DNA of 63,869 bases, filler included, from Craspedostauros australis (Eukaryota): NCBI GenBank assembly GCA_030167865.1. It is 8 parts of 8 records of this genome, joined end to end, with 100 filler letters (N's around TTAATTAATTAA, not from the genome) between each part and the next. Parts side by side here need not be neighbours in the genome. Positions count along the whole stretch, not along the records: positions 1 to 31,717 come from JALAGF010004084.1; 7 more parts are not named here. One strand, 5' to 3'. The position numbers and the translations under genes were made by a program. Each line of letters opens with the position of its first letter. Positions within the stretch are counted from its first letter, which is position 1. The notes under the pieces were generated by a model. The model searched no databases. It was not told the DNA's origin and saw nothing but the letters and a program-made list of their open reading frames with translations. This document shows, piece by piece, positions 12,237-23,821 of this stretch.

Positions 12237-15200
12237 TTACTTGCGCCCTTCAGATGGCGATTTGTTGGATTGTTTGCGTCGCGACAAGTTTCGGAACCCC
12301 ATCGAAACTTTCTCTCTTGCAACCTCGTCCGTGACGCATTCCCAGCAATCATCGTCTCCTCGTTTCAAAAACCTCCCTCCCACTTCCTGAATCTCGCGAA
12401 CAATCAGGGAACTGATCGTGGTCTTCCGAATCTTGTCCCTCGTCTGAGTGTAGACATCTTGGGTCGTCTTGATGCGATTGTTAAGCGCGATGTTGCCAGG
12501 AAAGTTCTGATAGGGATTCCCACGCCCCAAAAGCACGTCCCTGTGCGATGGACACAATATCTTGTCACCGAGCAGTGTTGCCTGGAGCTCGGCTTTGGCA
12601 CTCTCCTGCTCCACCAACAAGCTGTGCGATCTTACGAAATCCTCCTTGCTCACCTCGCCCGACGGCGTCACTGGAGCGCCGCGGATGCCGTACGATGCCA
12701 GAGTGCGCTGGCAATCTGCGTGAGAACCTGCAGGTGTTTGGGATGGTTCATCATTGAGTATGCATGGTATGGTTGGTATGGCATGGTGCGGACGTGGGAG
12801 GGTGTGGTGGAGTGTAGCGGAATGCCGTGGAATGGCAAAGAGTGTCGCGGGGCGTGTTGTGGCGTGTCGAAAATATATGGTGAGTTTTGCCATTGTCGTT
12901 GAAAAAATGAGACGGTGGCGTTTGCAAGCACACTCTCTGAAAGTACTCGTGTCGCGTACCCGTACGGCACGAGTATACGAATGGTACCATGCGAACATGG
13001 GAGCGGAGAATTGCGGTCTTGTCTTGATGGATGCACGATCAAATGGACACATTTGTGTCGGTATTGGTAGTCATGAAATCTTGGAGCGCATTCTCCGAAT
13101 GTATCATCTCATGCAATTGACACCCACAGGACCGGATACCAAAGCGGCAGGAAGGACAGGTACATACGCAGCTCGGATGTGCACAAGCCGATCAATAAAA
13201 CAGGCGCGGTGAGGTGCAGGGCGGTCCGACCAACTGACATGATCAGTGTGACGAGTCCCCGAATGAACTCGCATCATGACTACGTACCAATGTGCGAACG
13301 AAGCCGCAGCAGGAAGGTTTGATCCATCACGCTATCCAGCACCGTCGTCAATGTGCGGAGCAAGTCTGCGTCGGGGAAGCAGCAATGGAATGCTCCAAGC
13401 CGCATCGGCAGGACGTCGACGAAGCTTGATTGGGCCTGCTGGACTGCTACATCGTACACGTCCTTTGCGTTGCTCTTTGTTGCATAGGTGACAAACACCA
13501 TGCCCTTTTGCTGCGTCTGCACACAGTTCTTCATAGCATTCATGTAGATGTACCATGTGGCACGCAAACGGTTACCCCTTGGCGCTGCTGTGCGATGCGG
13601 AGAGAAGATATTGAAGGCGACCTTTCGGCCGATCGTGTCCGCGTTGCAGATCTGCAAGGTGCCATCCCAGTAGGCCTGCCGATCCATCTCCGTCAAGTCT
13701 TCCCATGCAATGTCCTTTCCCAGAATTGGCAGCGTTTCGCCGGTTGCCGCGAACAATTTTTGCTTCGCTTCGAAATGAGCGATGATGCGTTTGGCTGCCT
13801 TCGCTACGTGAAAGCCTTCGGCCCGCAGGAACATGAGCTGGAAGTCCCTGTCCCTGACATAGCGGGGAGAGAGGAACAGAGCTTTGTCGTATGCGGGCTT
13901 GCGCTTGATCGATTGAATGCTCTGCTTCAGAAATCGCAGCGAGGTGTCCACGAACTCTTCTGTCTCTTTGAGAACTGGTGCGTCGCCTCGCACGTCGCGT
14001 TCGGCTTCTTCCTCTAGTGCGGTACCTTGCGCGGTAGGGGATAATGCCTGACCTGGGGAACGATGGCTGTCGGCCGCCGATGCAGCACTGCGATCGCAGG
14101 TCACGCATTCATTTATTTCGTTGCTTTCTTCGTTGCCAGTCGTGATGCGATTTCGATTGCTGTTGACGGTGGCGGCGGTGGCGGCGGCGGTGACGTTATT
14201 GCGACTGATGGTGTTTGGGCTGCTGCTGGCATCGTCCCTATCTTTCCTTTTCTTGCGACGGGAACTCTCCTTTCTATTAGCCGTGGCCTGGTCCCTGCCA
14301 TCGTGACCAGGATTGCTGCTAGCGCTCATTCTCGCGCGCCTTTTCTTCCCGCCAGCTTCCTTCCATCGTTTGGCAGAACGCATGGTGCCGTCTGCCTTGG
14401 CATCAAACTGTATGTCACGAACAGGGACCGAGTCAACACTGGCACCAAGACCAGTATGAGCGTCAACGTGGATGCCTGCGCTTGATCTCTTGCCATGCAT
14501 CGCAGTTCGCACGGCTCTGGCGGCTGGTTTGGTGTCCACGAATTGCAATCGTGCATCAGCGTTTCCTTCGGCCTGCTGCTGCCTCCTCACCCTGTTGCGT
14601 GTATTGATTTCAGGATTGGCTGGCCTGAGTATGGCAGGTTCTGTCATGCAAGATAGTAGGTGACTGCGAGGATCGACATCAGGGGGTGATGCGAGATCGG
14701 CAAAAAACGATCGGCTTCCCACAACGTCCAAACTCGCTGCTCCTTGTGATCTGTGCGGTGTGATTGTCAGTGCTTGCTGTGCGACCGCGCTTGGTTGATT
14801 CGACGTGTTCGCTCGTTGCATCGCATTGAGGACACCCATGTACGGCCAGGCCTGTTGTGCCTGTGGTTGCAGCGGAAGTGTAGATTGGAGTATTTGGAGG
14901 TAATAGTTTCTGTGCTCCTGTTCTTGCTCTTCCTCCTGCTGCTGCTGCTGCTGTTGTTGTTGTTGTTGTTGCTGGTGCTGCTGTTGTTGCTGCTGTTGTT
15001 GTTGCTGGTGGTGGTGCGCCAGAATCGCCTGCTGAGTGGTCATGCCGGGGTTGAACCTGCCTAGCCTGGCGCTCGTCAGCAGATCTTCGAGGTAGGTGTT
15101 TTCGTTGTTGCCACCAGCTACTGTTGGGTTCTGAGTGTTGGGGTAGAAAGTTGGGACCATTCCGATGCTTGTAGGTGCTCGAGCGGCGTAAGACGTAGGG

Positions 15201-15664
15201 GTGATATTGAGTGTGGGCACCAGCGCCATCGTCGCGTTCGTGATTGGGTTGTCAGGTGTCCTCGTACCCACCCCTACCCCTACGCCAATGCCAGCGCCTG
15301 CATGTGTGCTAGGCTGTGGCCTGCCATGACTTGGAATCCTATTCAGGGTTGCAGCAAGCTGTGCTTGGTGTGTCAGTAGCTCTGCTGCTGCTGCTGCTGC
15401 CGCCGCTGGTGTTGATGCTGATCCTGAAGTTGACACTGAAGTCGATGGCGGTGGCATGAAAACCAGTCCAGGAGCTGATGCGGGCGCATAGCTTGAGCCT
15501 GGCATAAGCGATGTCACTTGGTTTGGAACGTACGAGTACGGAAACGGCAAACCAACGCCAAGGTTGCGGCTCTCGGCAATTTGACGATCGTTGCCATCCC
15601 CGTTGCCATCCTCATCGTCACTGTCATCTTTTTGCCGGACGCGACCGATCAGATGTCGCTTCAT
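12237..15664 (-). CDS. PolyQ/low-complexity protein with CRAL-TRIO-like domain and C-terminal DUF6824. Exons 15664-13288 and 12727-12237; start uncertain
   Basis: Intron 13287-12728 (GT..AG) joins RSHIG to SHADCQRTLASYGI, matching HLGSHVECQYILNSFGI in the intronless paralog at 34666. CRAL-TRIO-like FLRAEGFHVAKAAKRI...PMRLGAFHCC. DUF6824 DVLLGRGNPYQNFPGN...GGRFLKR...REKVSMGFRN. Confidence 0.8.
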
Positions 15665-18151
15665 CGAGGAACGCTTGGATGGTTCAACACTTTTGGAAAG
15701 TCTCGGCGCCAAATACTGTCCGAGAGGCAGGCCAATCGATCGACCGATCGATCGATCAGCTGGCAGATTCTAGCGCACTCTAGGGAGAATGCCTGTGCTT
15801 TCTGGGGGACTTCGACTCTACAACTACGAGCGTCTGAGTATGAGTCTGAGTAGGTGCGTGGGCACTTGGGCACTTGGTCTCTTGTCTTGGTCCTTTGGTC
15901 ACGTATGTTTCTTTGCTTGTTCTGCCTACTCTCTATTGATACTCAGCAGAGTACTCTGAGTGCAACAGGAGCCAACGAGGCAGGGGCAGGGGGTGGCACT
16001 TGTGCTCGTATGTGCTTGTAGAATGCCTCGACTTGTGTGGAAGGTATGGTCCCGTGGAAGATCACATGTGACCTTTGATCCTGTCTTCGCTGGTTCGCTT
16101 GCCCTCCTGCCTTGGTCTTTCACGGATCACCCCCTTCGAATGCGAGATGCGTCGAACGATGTTTGCAGCTAATCGACTCTTCGTGCGTGTATGTTGCAGC
16201 GGTAGTGTTGGCACTCTTCTTTTGCAATCAACGGTGCTAACGTTGCTTTCGATGCTACTTCTGATGCTGTGTGTTGATGTTGTTGTTGCTGCTGCTGCTT
16301 GATGGCTATGCCGTTTTGGCCACAGAAAGCGGCGATGATCTTGGGCTCTGCTGTCGAAATGGCCTGGGCACTGGGCGCTGTGATGTTTTCTTTCCAAGTT
16401 CCTCGTTTGTTTGGATTACGACCGCGAGTGCGAGTATCTGGTGCTGTTGCAGGCTCCGCAGAATAACACGAGACAGAGGATGGACTGCTCGCAGTATGCG
16501 TCGGTGCAGAGTAGCTCGTAGAGCATGTAGGGTTGAGTACCGATACTCTGTTCTCGCGCCCCTCTTGGAAATACAAATTGTGCTGTCGTGGTTATTTTCC
16601 ACAAGCAAACGATCACTTTTTCGCGACGGTCCAAAGGAAGGGATAAAAAACAAGGGATGGTCAGTCGCCGGCTCCCCGTTCTCCAGACCGGCTTGTGAAG
16701 CATTAGGATAGCAGATCTGTTGTCCTCCTTGCTGTGATGCCGTTTCACCCCCTCGGTTGCTTGGTCAGAGACTGATGTGATGCAACAAATAAGAGGCGCG
16801 TTCGACAGCTGATGTGCGTGCCTTCCCTGCGCTGGCGCTTCGCGAACTGCCTCTTCCATCGAGGTTGCATCTGGAACCTCTCCGAGCAGCTCGTCTGCGC
16901 GCCCGCGAACGAGAGGGCACAAACAGAGACATCGTTGGTTTTCTTGTTCTGCCAACCGCGATAGACCCATCTTTCCAATAAATATTTGCTGGGGTTTGTC
17001 TACTCGTCGAACTGTTCGCTTATTAACCTTCAACGCCAGGACGTGACCAGGGCACCCCGGCTTTGTGCCTCTCAGGTTGAACTGTGGTGAGTTGTATTGA
17101 CTTAGAACCAGTTCGAGGACCTCCACGTATGAGTGGAACCAGCAAGGTTCTTGTATTCTACGTTAGGTTTGCAAACAAACAATACAGCGATGCGGTATTT
17201 ATGCTCACCCAATGTACCAAACACACTTCACTTACTCTGCGAAAGTCACTCGAGTACCTCGAGTACGTAAGCGTTCGGTGATTTGTTTGTGCGTGGTGCC
17301 TTTGTGCCTGCTGGGACATACGAAGGTACCGTCAAAAGACCCAGTATGGTCGCCTGGACCTGTTGCCTTGTGCGTTCACACCAGTTATTCGCAAACCTCT
17401 TGCTCTAGTAGCTCGTATTCTACTCCACCCAACTTCGTTCCGTGTTTCCTCTTGGCGCTTGGCGCATTTTTCACGGACTACCTGGTCTGTGCGCTACACA
17501 CGCCGTTCGCCATGCATAAACTAGCCGGCATATACGGTAAATATTCTAATTAAATGTGATGGAAATGTTCCAAACACAATTGTGAACAACGAACCAAGTT
17601 AAAACATGTATGTGATCATACCGTATATCCCATATCACCGAAGCCAAGAAGAGTACTTTTCGCCTAAGTTGCGTCTGGTATTGGGGAATAAGGAGAACAA
17701 GTATACGCCAGCAACTTATTATCATTGATACCAGTCAACCACATGAAAAAGTACAACAAACATTTTGTGGTCCACACTTCATTCGCGGGACCGTATATCT
17801 TGCGTACCACAACCGCGCGCTGAACCGGAAGAACTGAAAGGATGACGTCAAAAAGGATACTCCAATCACGTCCGTGTGATCCAGCTACTGAAGACTTGGT
17901 TGTGTCATGACGGTACCAGTCCGATCGCGTGACGTTTGTGGCTTTGGTCCAAGGTGTTTCCGCGCTAAACAGAGTATTTGGAGCGCAGCAGAACAGGCCA
18001 GAATGAGGTAACGAATCCACCGTCCTCACAAGGTTAGAGCACGAACGCAGCTGCCTTGTACCTTGTCCGCTCTCATCGCTCAATTCTCATGTTTTACTTC
18101 CACAAGAGACTTGACAATTTTCCTTCTCCGCGTATTCCTCATGCACTTGTC

Positions 18152-18187
18152 TGGGTTGGGTTGGGTTGGGTTGGGTTGGGTTGGGTT
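18152..18187. repeat. (TGGGT)n pentanucleotide microsatellite
   Basis: About 7 tandem units, seen directly. Confidence 0.9.
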
Positions 18188-19295
18188 AGATTGATTTGGA
18201 CGCTGCTCCTTCCGAACAACGCTTTGCAGATCTCCTTCGTTGTTGCATGCAATCGCATCCGTACGTTCGCTGCGCTCGGTGTGGGACTCGTGTCGCTTGT
18301 TCTTCTTCAATGTACTCGACTTCGGTACCACACGACCCAAAACTTCATACGCCTTGGTCTTGGTGCAATTCCAATGTAGCCACAAACTCCACACTTCTGC
18401 TTCACCTTTTACTTTGACTGCAACAATCCGTGCTTCTACTCGTATTCTGCTCTTATTCGTAACTGCGCGATTGGTCTGGGGTGCTTCTCGTGTGTACAAC
18501 AATTGCGTCAGCATCTGATGCAGTATGCACCATAACACTCGCGAAAGGTCATTCTGTGATCGCTGGAATCACCACGGATTTCGTTCGCGTGCGTAATCGT
18601 GTACGCAAAGGATGCGATGACTCGACCGATACATACCGCACACACGTCCAGCAGAGTAGTACGTGTTGCACCACACGAGCTATCGAATAACAGAGGACGA
18701 TGGTACGAGCGCGACACGAACATGCTACGGTGGCAGCATCGTGTTCTACGCAGTGATTGTGCGGGTGAAGAAATGATTCCTCGCAACATTTCGCGAAATG
18801 GGCGTGAACCAGCGAAGGATCACGATCAGACCGCAGGTCTGGGCGCAGTTGTGAACCTTGATGTGGTGATGGATGATGATCTCTGGCAAGCGACACGGCT
18901 GATGGAGATTCATCGATCCCACAAAGGAGATCCGTCAAAGCGCCAGCGCGACAACAGGGGCACAAATTGCTAAACTCATGGGGGTTGAAGGAAGGAATGG
19001 AGGCGTGAAGTTTGATAGCGCGAAGCGGCACCTGCAAACCTTCGTCCTCCGTGGTCGTAGTCCAACCTTGAACAGAATTGCGCTATTCTCCGAATTCGGA
19101 GAACATTCCTTCATCTTGTCTTGTCTCATCACATCCATTTTCGTGTTCGCCGTTGTTCCTTCGCAGGAAACGAAAACACAAAATGGCGCGAACGAAATAT
19201 GTGTTCGAAGTAATCAATTCGACTAAATCGAAATACGGACTTGTGTTCGAACAATTCGACTACAGCTGGGCTGGTTGTTGTTTTGCACGTCTGCT

Positions 19296-19307
19296 TTTTG
19301 GCGCGAA
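19296..19307 (+). promoter_or_regulatory. Putative E2F site (TTTTGGCGCGAA) upstream of MSH2
   Basis: Matches TTTSSCGC about 270 bp before the MSH2 ATG, with a related ATGGCGCGAA at ~19183. Similar words occur elsewhere in the window, so specificity is limited. Confidence 0.35.
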
Positions 19308-19376
19308 GTTTTGACCATCCTCGCCAACCTCGAATTGGCGACCGCTCAGGTATTTGACACGACTTGGGGACGGGTA

Positions 19377-19437
19377 ACAACAACCACAACAACCACAACA
19401 ACCACAACAACCACAACAACCACAACAACCACAACAA
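19377..19437. repeat. (ACAACCACA)n tandem repeat upstream of MSH2
   Basis: About 6 tandem 9-bp units, seen directly. Confidence 0.9.
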
Positions 19438-19575
19438 AAAGAACTGTTGCGCACACAATCACAAAGCTGTTGCGAAACAGACCATTCCAAAACAGCAACA
19501 AACCAAACGAACAAGAGGATTGAGTGATACAGATCATTGGCAGAGTATAGGACTCCACAAGCAACGCTTCCCAGG

Positions 19576-22500
19576 ATGTCTTACCAAACGAACACAGTCT
19601 GCATCCTGATCAGCCCTGGTGGCGGCAACGCCAAGCTGAGCGGCGCAAAAGGCGGTGGCGCGGGTGGCGTTCCTGTCGTGGTGTGGGCGCAGCAGACGCG
19701 CAACGCCCGCGACGCACCTGACGATCCCTGGAAGCACACGCTGACGTACTTCGAATTCCTGGACCAGCCCAAGAGATGGACCCACCTGGATGCGTTGCTC
19801 ACCAGGTTGGCACCGATGTGCAGCATCCACATTGGAACTTCCGAGAATCTCAGCCGACTGCAAGGCAGCAAACCTGCCAAGCCCAGCCCGAAGCTGATTC
19901 GCATGGAGCAATGGTTGGACTCGTTGCAATCGTTTCTGGATGAGCGCACGGATTTGGCGGGAATGGCGCCAGATGCGGAAGACGATAGCGGTGGATCAAA
20001 CATGGACGTCAACGGGGATCAGCAGGCAGCCGCGGTCAGCGCAACGTTGGACTGCCAGCTGCATCTCAATATTCCCGTCGACAAGTCACGCATCGAGGAT
20101 ACCATGCAACAGCTTCTGGTGCCTTCGGAGGATGTGCTGATGGCATATCGAGGCAACGTGCAGCTGGCGCATTCGGCACCATTGCAGCAGGGCCTGTCGA
20201 TGTGGCTCAATTCGGCCGCAGGTTGGGATGGTAGCGCATCCGGATCAGGTGGCCGTCCCCGCGGGATGGGAGGCGATCGAGCGGACGACGCCAGCGCAGG
20301 AATCATCGATGATGCGCTGATGGGCACATTCCACATCCAGCAGGGCGTGCTGAATTCCCATCTCGTGTTGGACCGCACAGCCGCGCAGTGCATTCACCTG
20401 CTGCCACCTTCCAATGCCGGCATGGCGACCGTGGTTGGCGGAACCTCCCAGAACAACTCGCTCTACGGCATCCTGTCGCAACCTTGTCTCACCAAGATGG
20501 GCAAGTCGTTGCTGCAGGTGTGGCTCAGACAACCGCTCATCAACCTTCGCCAGATAGAGGAACGTCAGGACTCCATCCAGGCGCTGCTCGGGCTTGGCAA
20601 GGATCAAATTCGGGAGGCGCTCAAGAGCTTTTCGGGGGTGGACTTGTCCAAGCTGGCCACAACGCTGGCGCAGTACAGCAGCAACACCGAAGGTGGTGGC
20701 GAGGATGGTGGCGACGCCCAGACAACGCTGATGGCGGGCGATTCGAAGAAGGCTCTGCGCGCATTGTACGAGCTCTATCTTCTGTCCTCCGCCAAGGTCC
20801 CCCAATTGATGGAGGCGGCAGAAAGCATCTTGAGCACCCCCGCGGATGATGCCATGAATGGTGATGCTGATGGCAATGCCGCAGACGGCGCTTCGGGGCC
20901 ACCCACGATGTTGAAGGAACTGCTGGAGCAGATATCGAAGGTGTACAACGAACTTGAGCGCTGCCAGGGACTTGCCGAGGCCGTGCTGGATCTTGACCAG
21001 GCTCCGCGCGATTTCCTGGTGCAACCGTCCTTCCATCCAGAACTGGTGGAGGTGAGCAAAGAACTGAACGAAGTGCTGCAAGCGGTGCAGAACGAATGGA
21101 GCGACACCCAGGAGCTGTGGATGGAACGATCAGGCGTGAGCAGCAACAGCGGAGCGTCGCAGGTCAAGCTGGAACAGCAGCAGGATGACATGTGGCAGTT
21201 CCGCCTCAGCGATTCCAACCAGATCAAGCTGCTGCAATCGAAGATGCCGAAGGATGTGCAGGTCCACAAGGTGCTGAAGAATGGAGTCTACTTCTCCACA
21301 AGGATGCTGAGACAGCTGGGATCGAAGTACCAAGACGTCCGCGCGGAGTATGACCGCTTCTCCCGGCAGGTGGTCAAGGACGCCATGTCCGTCGCGACCA
21401 CGTACCAGACTGTCGTGGAGCGCACAAGCGAGCTGGTGGCCACATTGGACGTCCTATGCAGTCTGGCGCACGTGGCCGCGTACAGTCCTCACGGGTACTG
21501 CAGACCGACGATGACCGACAGCGACGAAGATGGAATGGGCATTGAGGTATGTGAGCCAAAGCGATATTATACTTCGCTGCAGTCTTGCATTGTGCTGTGT
21601 GCGATGCCATGTGCTGTGTGCGAGTACTCTGGTGTTGAGCCAACATTCATACTCTGCTCTTTCCTCCTCTTCCCACGTCCACTCACCATCCCTTTGTCGT
21701 GCCGTACCTCCTCTTACCCACATATCTTGCCTCTTCTCCTTCATCACCATCTCGTGTATGCAATAGCTCAAGGGCGCGCGGCATCCTTGCGTGGAGCTGC
21801 AAGAAGATGTGGACTTCATCCCCAACGACGTCTCGTTGGTCTTCGGTGAATCCAACTTCCTCCTCGTCACCGGCCCCAACATGGGTGGCAAATCCACGTA
21901 CATCCGCTCCCTAGGGGCGATCGTGGCGATGGCGCAAATTGGCTCCTTCGTGCCATGCCAATCAGCACGCATCAACATCTGCCACTCCATCCAGGCGCGC
22001 GTGGGTGCGGGCGATCTGCAGGAGCGGGGCATCTCCACCTTCATGGCGGAGATGCTCGAATCGTCCGCCATCCTGCGAACCGCCACCAAGCGCAGCCTGA
22101 TCATCGTCGATGAACTGGGTCGAGGCACGTCCACCTTCGATGGATACGGCCTTGCGCGCGCCATCTCGGAGTACATTTTGGACAAGATCGGTTGCATGGT
22201 GGTCTTCGCAACGCACTTCCACGAGCTGACCAGTTTGGAACAGGAGAAGGCTGGTGTGAAGAACTGTCATGTGAGCGCTCAGAAGGGCAACCAAGGTCTG
22301 ACCTTCCTGTACGAAGTCCAGAAGGGACCCTGCCTGGAATCGTTCGGTATCCAGGTCGCAGAGATGGCCAACGTTCCCGCCAAGGTGATCGCGGATGCCA
22401 AACGCAAGGCCGCAGAGCTGGAGCACTTCAGCACGGCTGTGAAACGCGCCAGGAAGCTTGGCATGGACGACGAGACTCCCGGCGACAAGGAGAACCTGCA

Positions 22501-22609
22501 GTTCGTCAACAAGTTCGCGAACATCGATCTGCCGTCCATGATGAAGCAAGGAGTTTCGAGAGATGAAACGCTGCAGATGCTGAAGCAGGCATTGGATCTA
22601 CCGCAATGA
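19576..22609 (+). CDS. MSH2: DNA mismatch repair protein MSH2, ~937 aa. Exons 19576-21546 and 21767-22609
   Basis: Motifs [46 protein letters not shown], Walker [23 protein letters not shown], Walker [31 protein letters not shown]. Intron GTATGT..TAG. Confidence 0.95.
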
Positions 22610-23683
22610 TGAGCATTATATCAAATTATATAATAGAATATGACGTAGTAGTATTCGTAAAGTCGGCAACTCCATTGGTTCTTTGTGTAGTCGTATGTCA
22701 TATCTGAATGTCATACTCCTATAATATTATGTAGGATAGCTGTCTCCAGAGTTCAGATCACGTGAAATTGTCTTCGCTGCGATTCTCTTTGTCCTTGCCC
22801 ATGCGGCTGCGATGGACTCAATGAAGATGGTGGTCAGATCTTGTGGCGGTCATCATTGATCAAGTGAATGAGAGGGCCTGGTAACCATGAACATCATTCC
22901 AAACCGACGAAAGCCAAAGTATCACCCTTGTTGAACGAGGATCGAGTGTTATGTCGGAGCCGGCATGGCAGCTGTACAAGCCGCTTCCTTTCTCTTCAGA
23001 CCGCAACATCCGCCTCTGAGAATTCAGTCCATGATGCCATTCGCATGTTTGCATGTGTGGTAGTGCGCCCGTAGCAGGGTTATTGCAATGCGTCGAAGCG
23101 CATGCTGTGGTCACAAATACTTGTAGATCGGCGCGCTGTTATTCGGCGGTGAATTCTGAGCAGCCATGAGCCCCCCATGGCGGAGAGGTAGAGAGAGCTT
23201 CTGAGTTCGAGGATTAGGATCAGCAAGAGCACCAACGGCAACCTTACCCAATGCAAGAGCCTCAAGAATGCAAGCAGAATCGAGTGCAGGAGCCCAGGGT
23301 GTACGTACGACGCGTACCACCAAAACGCCATTGCCTCAATCGGTCCATTGCGGAATGAGGGTTCGGATCAAGCACAAACACTCGTACAAGCGTATGTGCA
23401 ACTCTCATCGAGTGCCATTCAATCAGTTCCATCCCCACCACACCATGCTGTACTGCGCTGCACTCCAGTCCATTGCACCATGATGGACCTCAACCTCGCA
23501 TCGCGCTGTCCCAATGCTGCTATTGAAGAAGGCAGACCAGCGTAGAATACGAGTACGCAGAGAGACAACCAGTGGCATGTACGCATCCATGGCAGGCCAC
23601 AGTGAAAGCAGACTTGATGTCGATGGTGAAGCGCAGATCATTGAGTCGCCGCGTACGGTGCGCATCTTGACCACGACATGATC

Positions 23684-23821
23684 TCAATGTTGCTTCTTCT
23701 TGTTGTTCGCCTTCTCCGTCCTCTCATCTGCCACCTCCTTGCGCAACATCACAACCCAGGCAATGAAGATCATGCCCTGGAAGCCGAGGACACCAAACAG
23801 GAGCTTCTCTTGCCAAGTCAT
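23684..23821 (-). CDS. Candidate small single-pass membrane protein (45 aa; N-terminus may extend)
   Basis: MTWQEKLLFGVLGFQGMIFIAWVVMLRKEVADERTEKANNKKKQH: one clean hydrophobic helix, a charged tail, coding-like codon usage and CCAACATG start context. Confidence 0.4.
   Translation of the reverse strand: MTWQEKLLFGVLGFQGMIFIAWVVMLRKEVADERTEKANNKKKQH

Noticed and set aside
18152..18187. G-rich repeat as a telomere
   Set aside because: It is a short internal TGGGT pentamer array, not terminal TTAGGG.
15800..19100. Many 60-240-aa ORFs between the DUF6824 gene and MSH2
   Set aside because: No recognisable motifs or coding bias. Treated as intergenic, although decayed elements cannot be excluded.
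19129..19609. ORFs with poly-T, poly-V, LLW, CCG or NNH repeats
   Set aside because: They are translations of the (ACAACCACA)n repeat.
23140..23200. KLSLPLRHGGL on the minus strand, resembling a non-LTR retrotransposon motif
   Set aside because: The match is isolated and short, with no RT motifs nearby.
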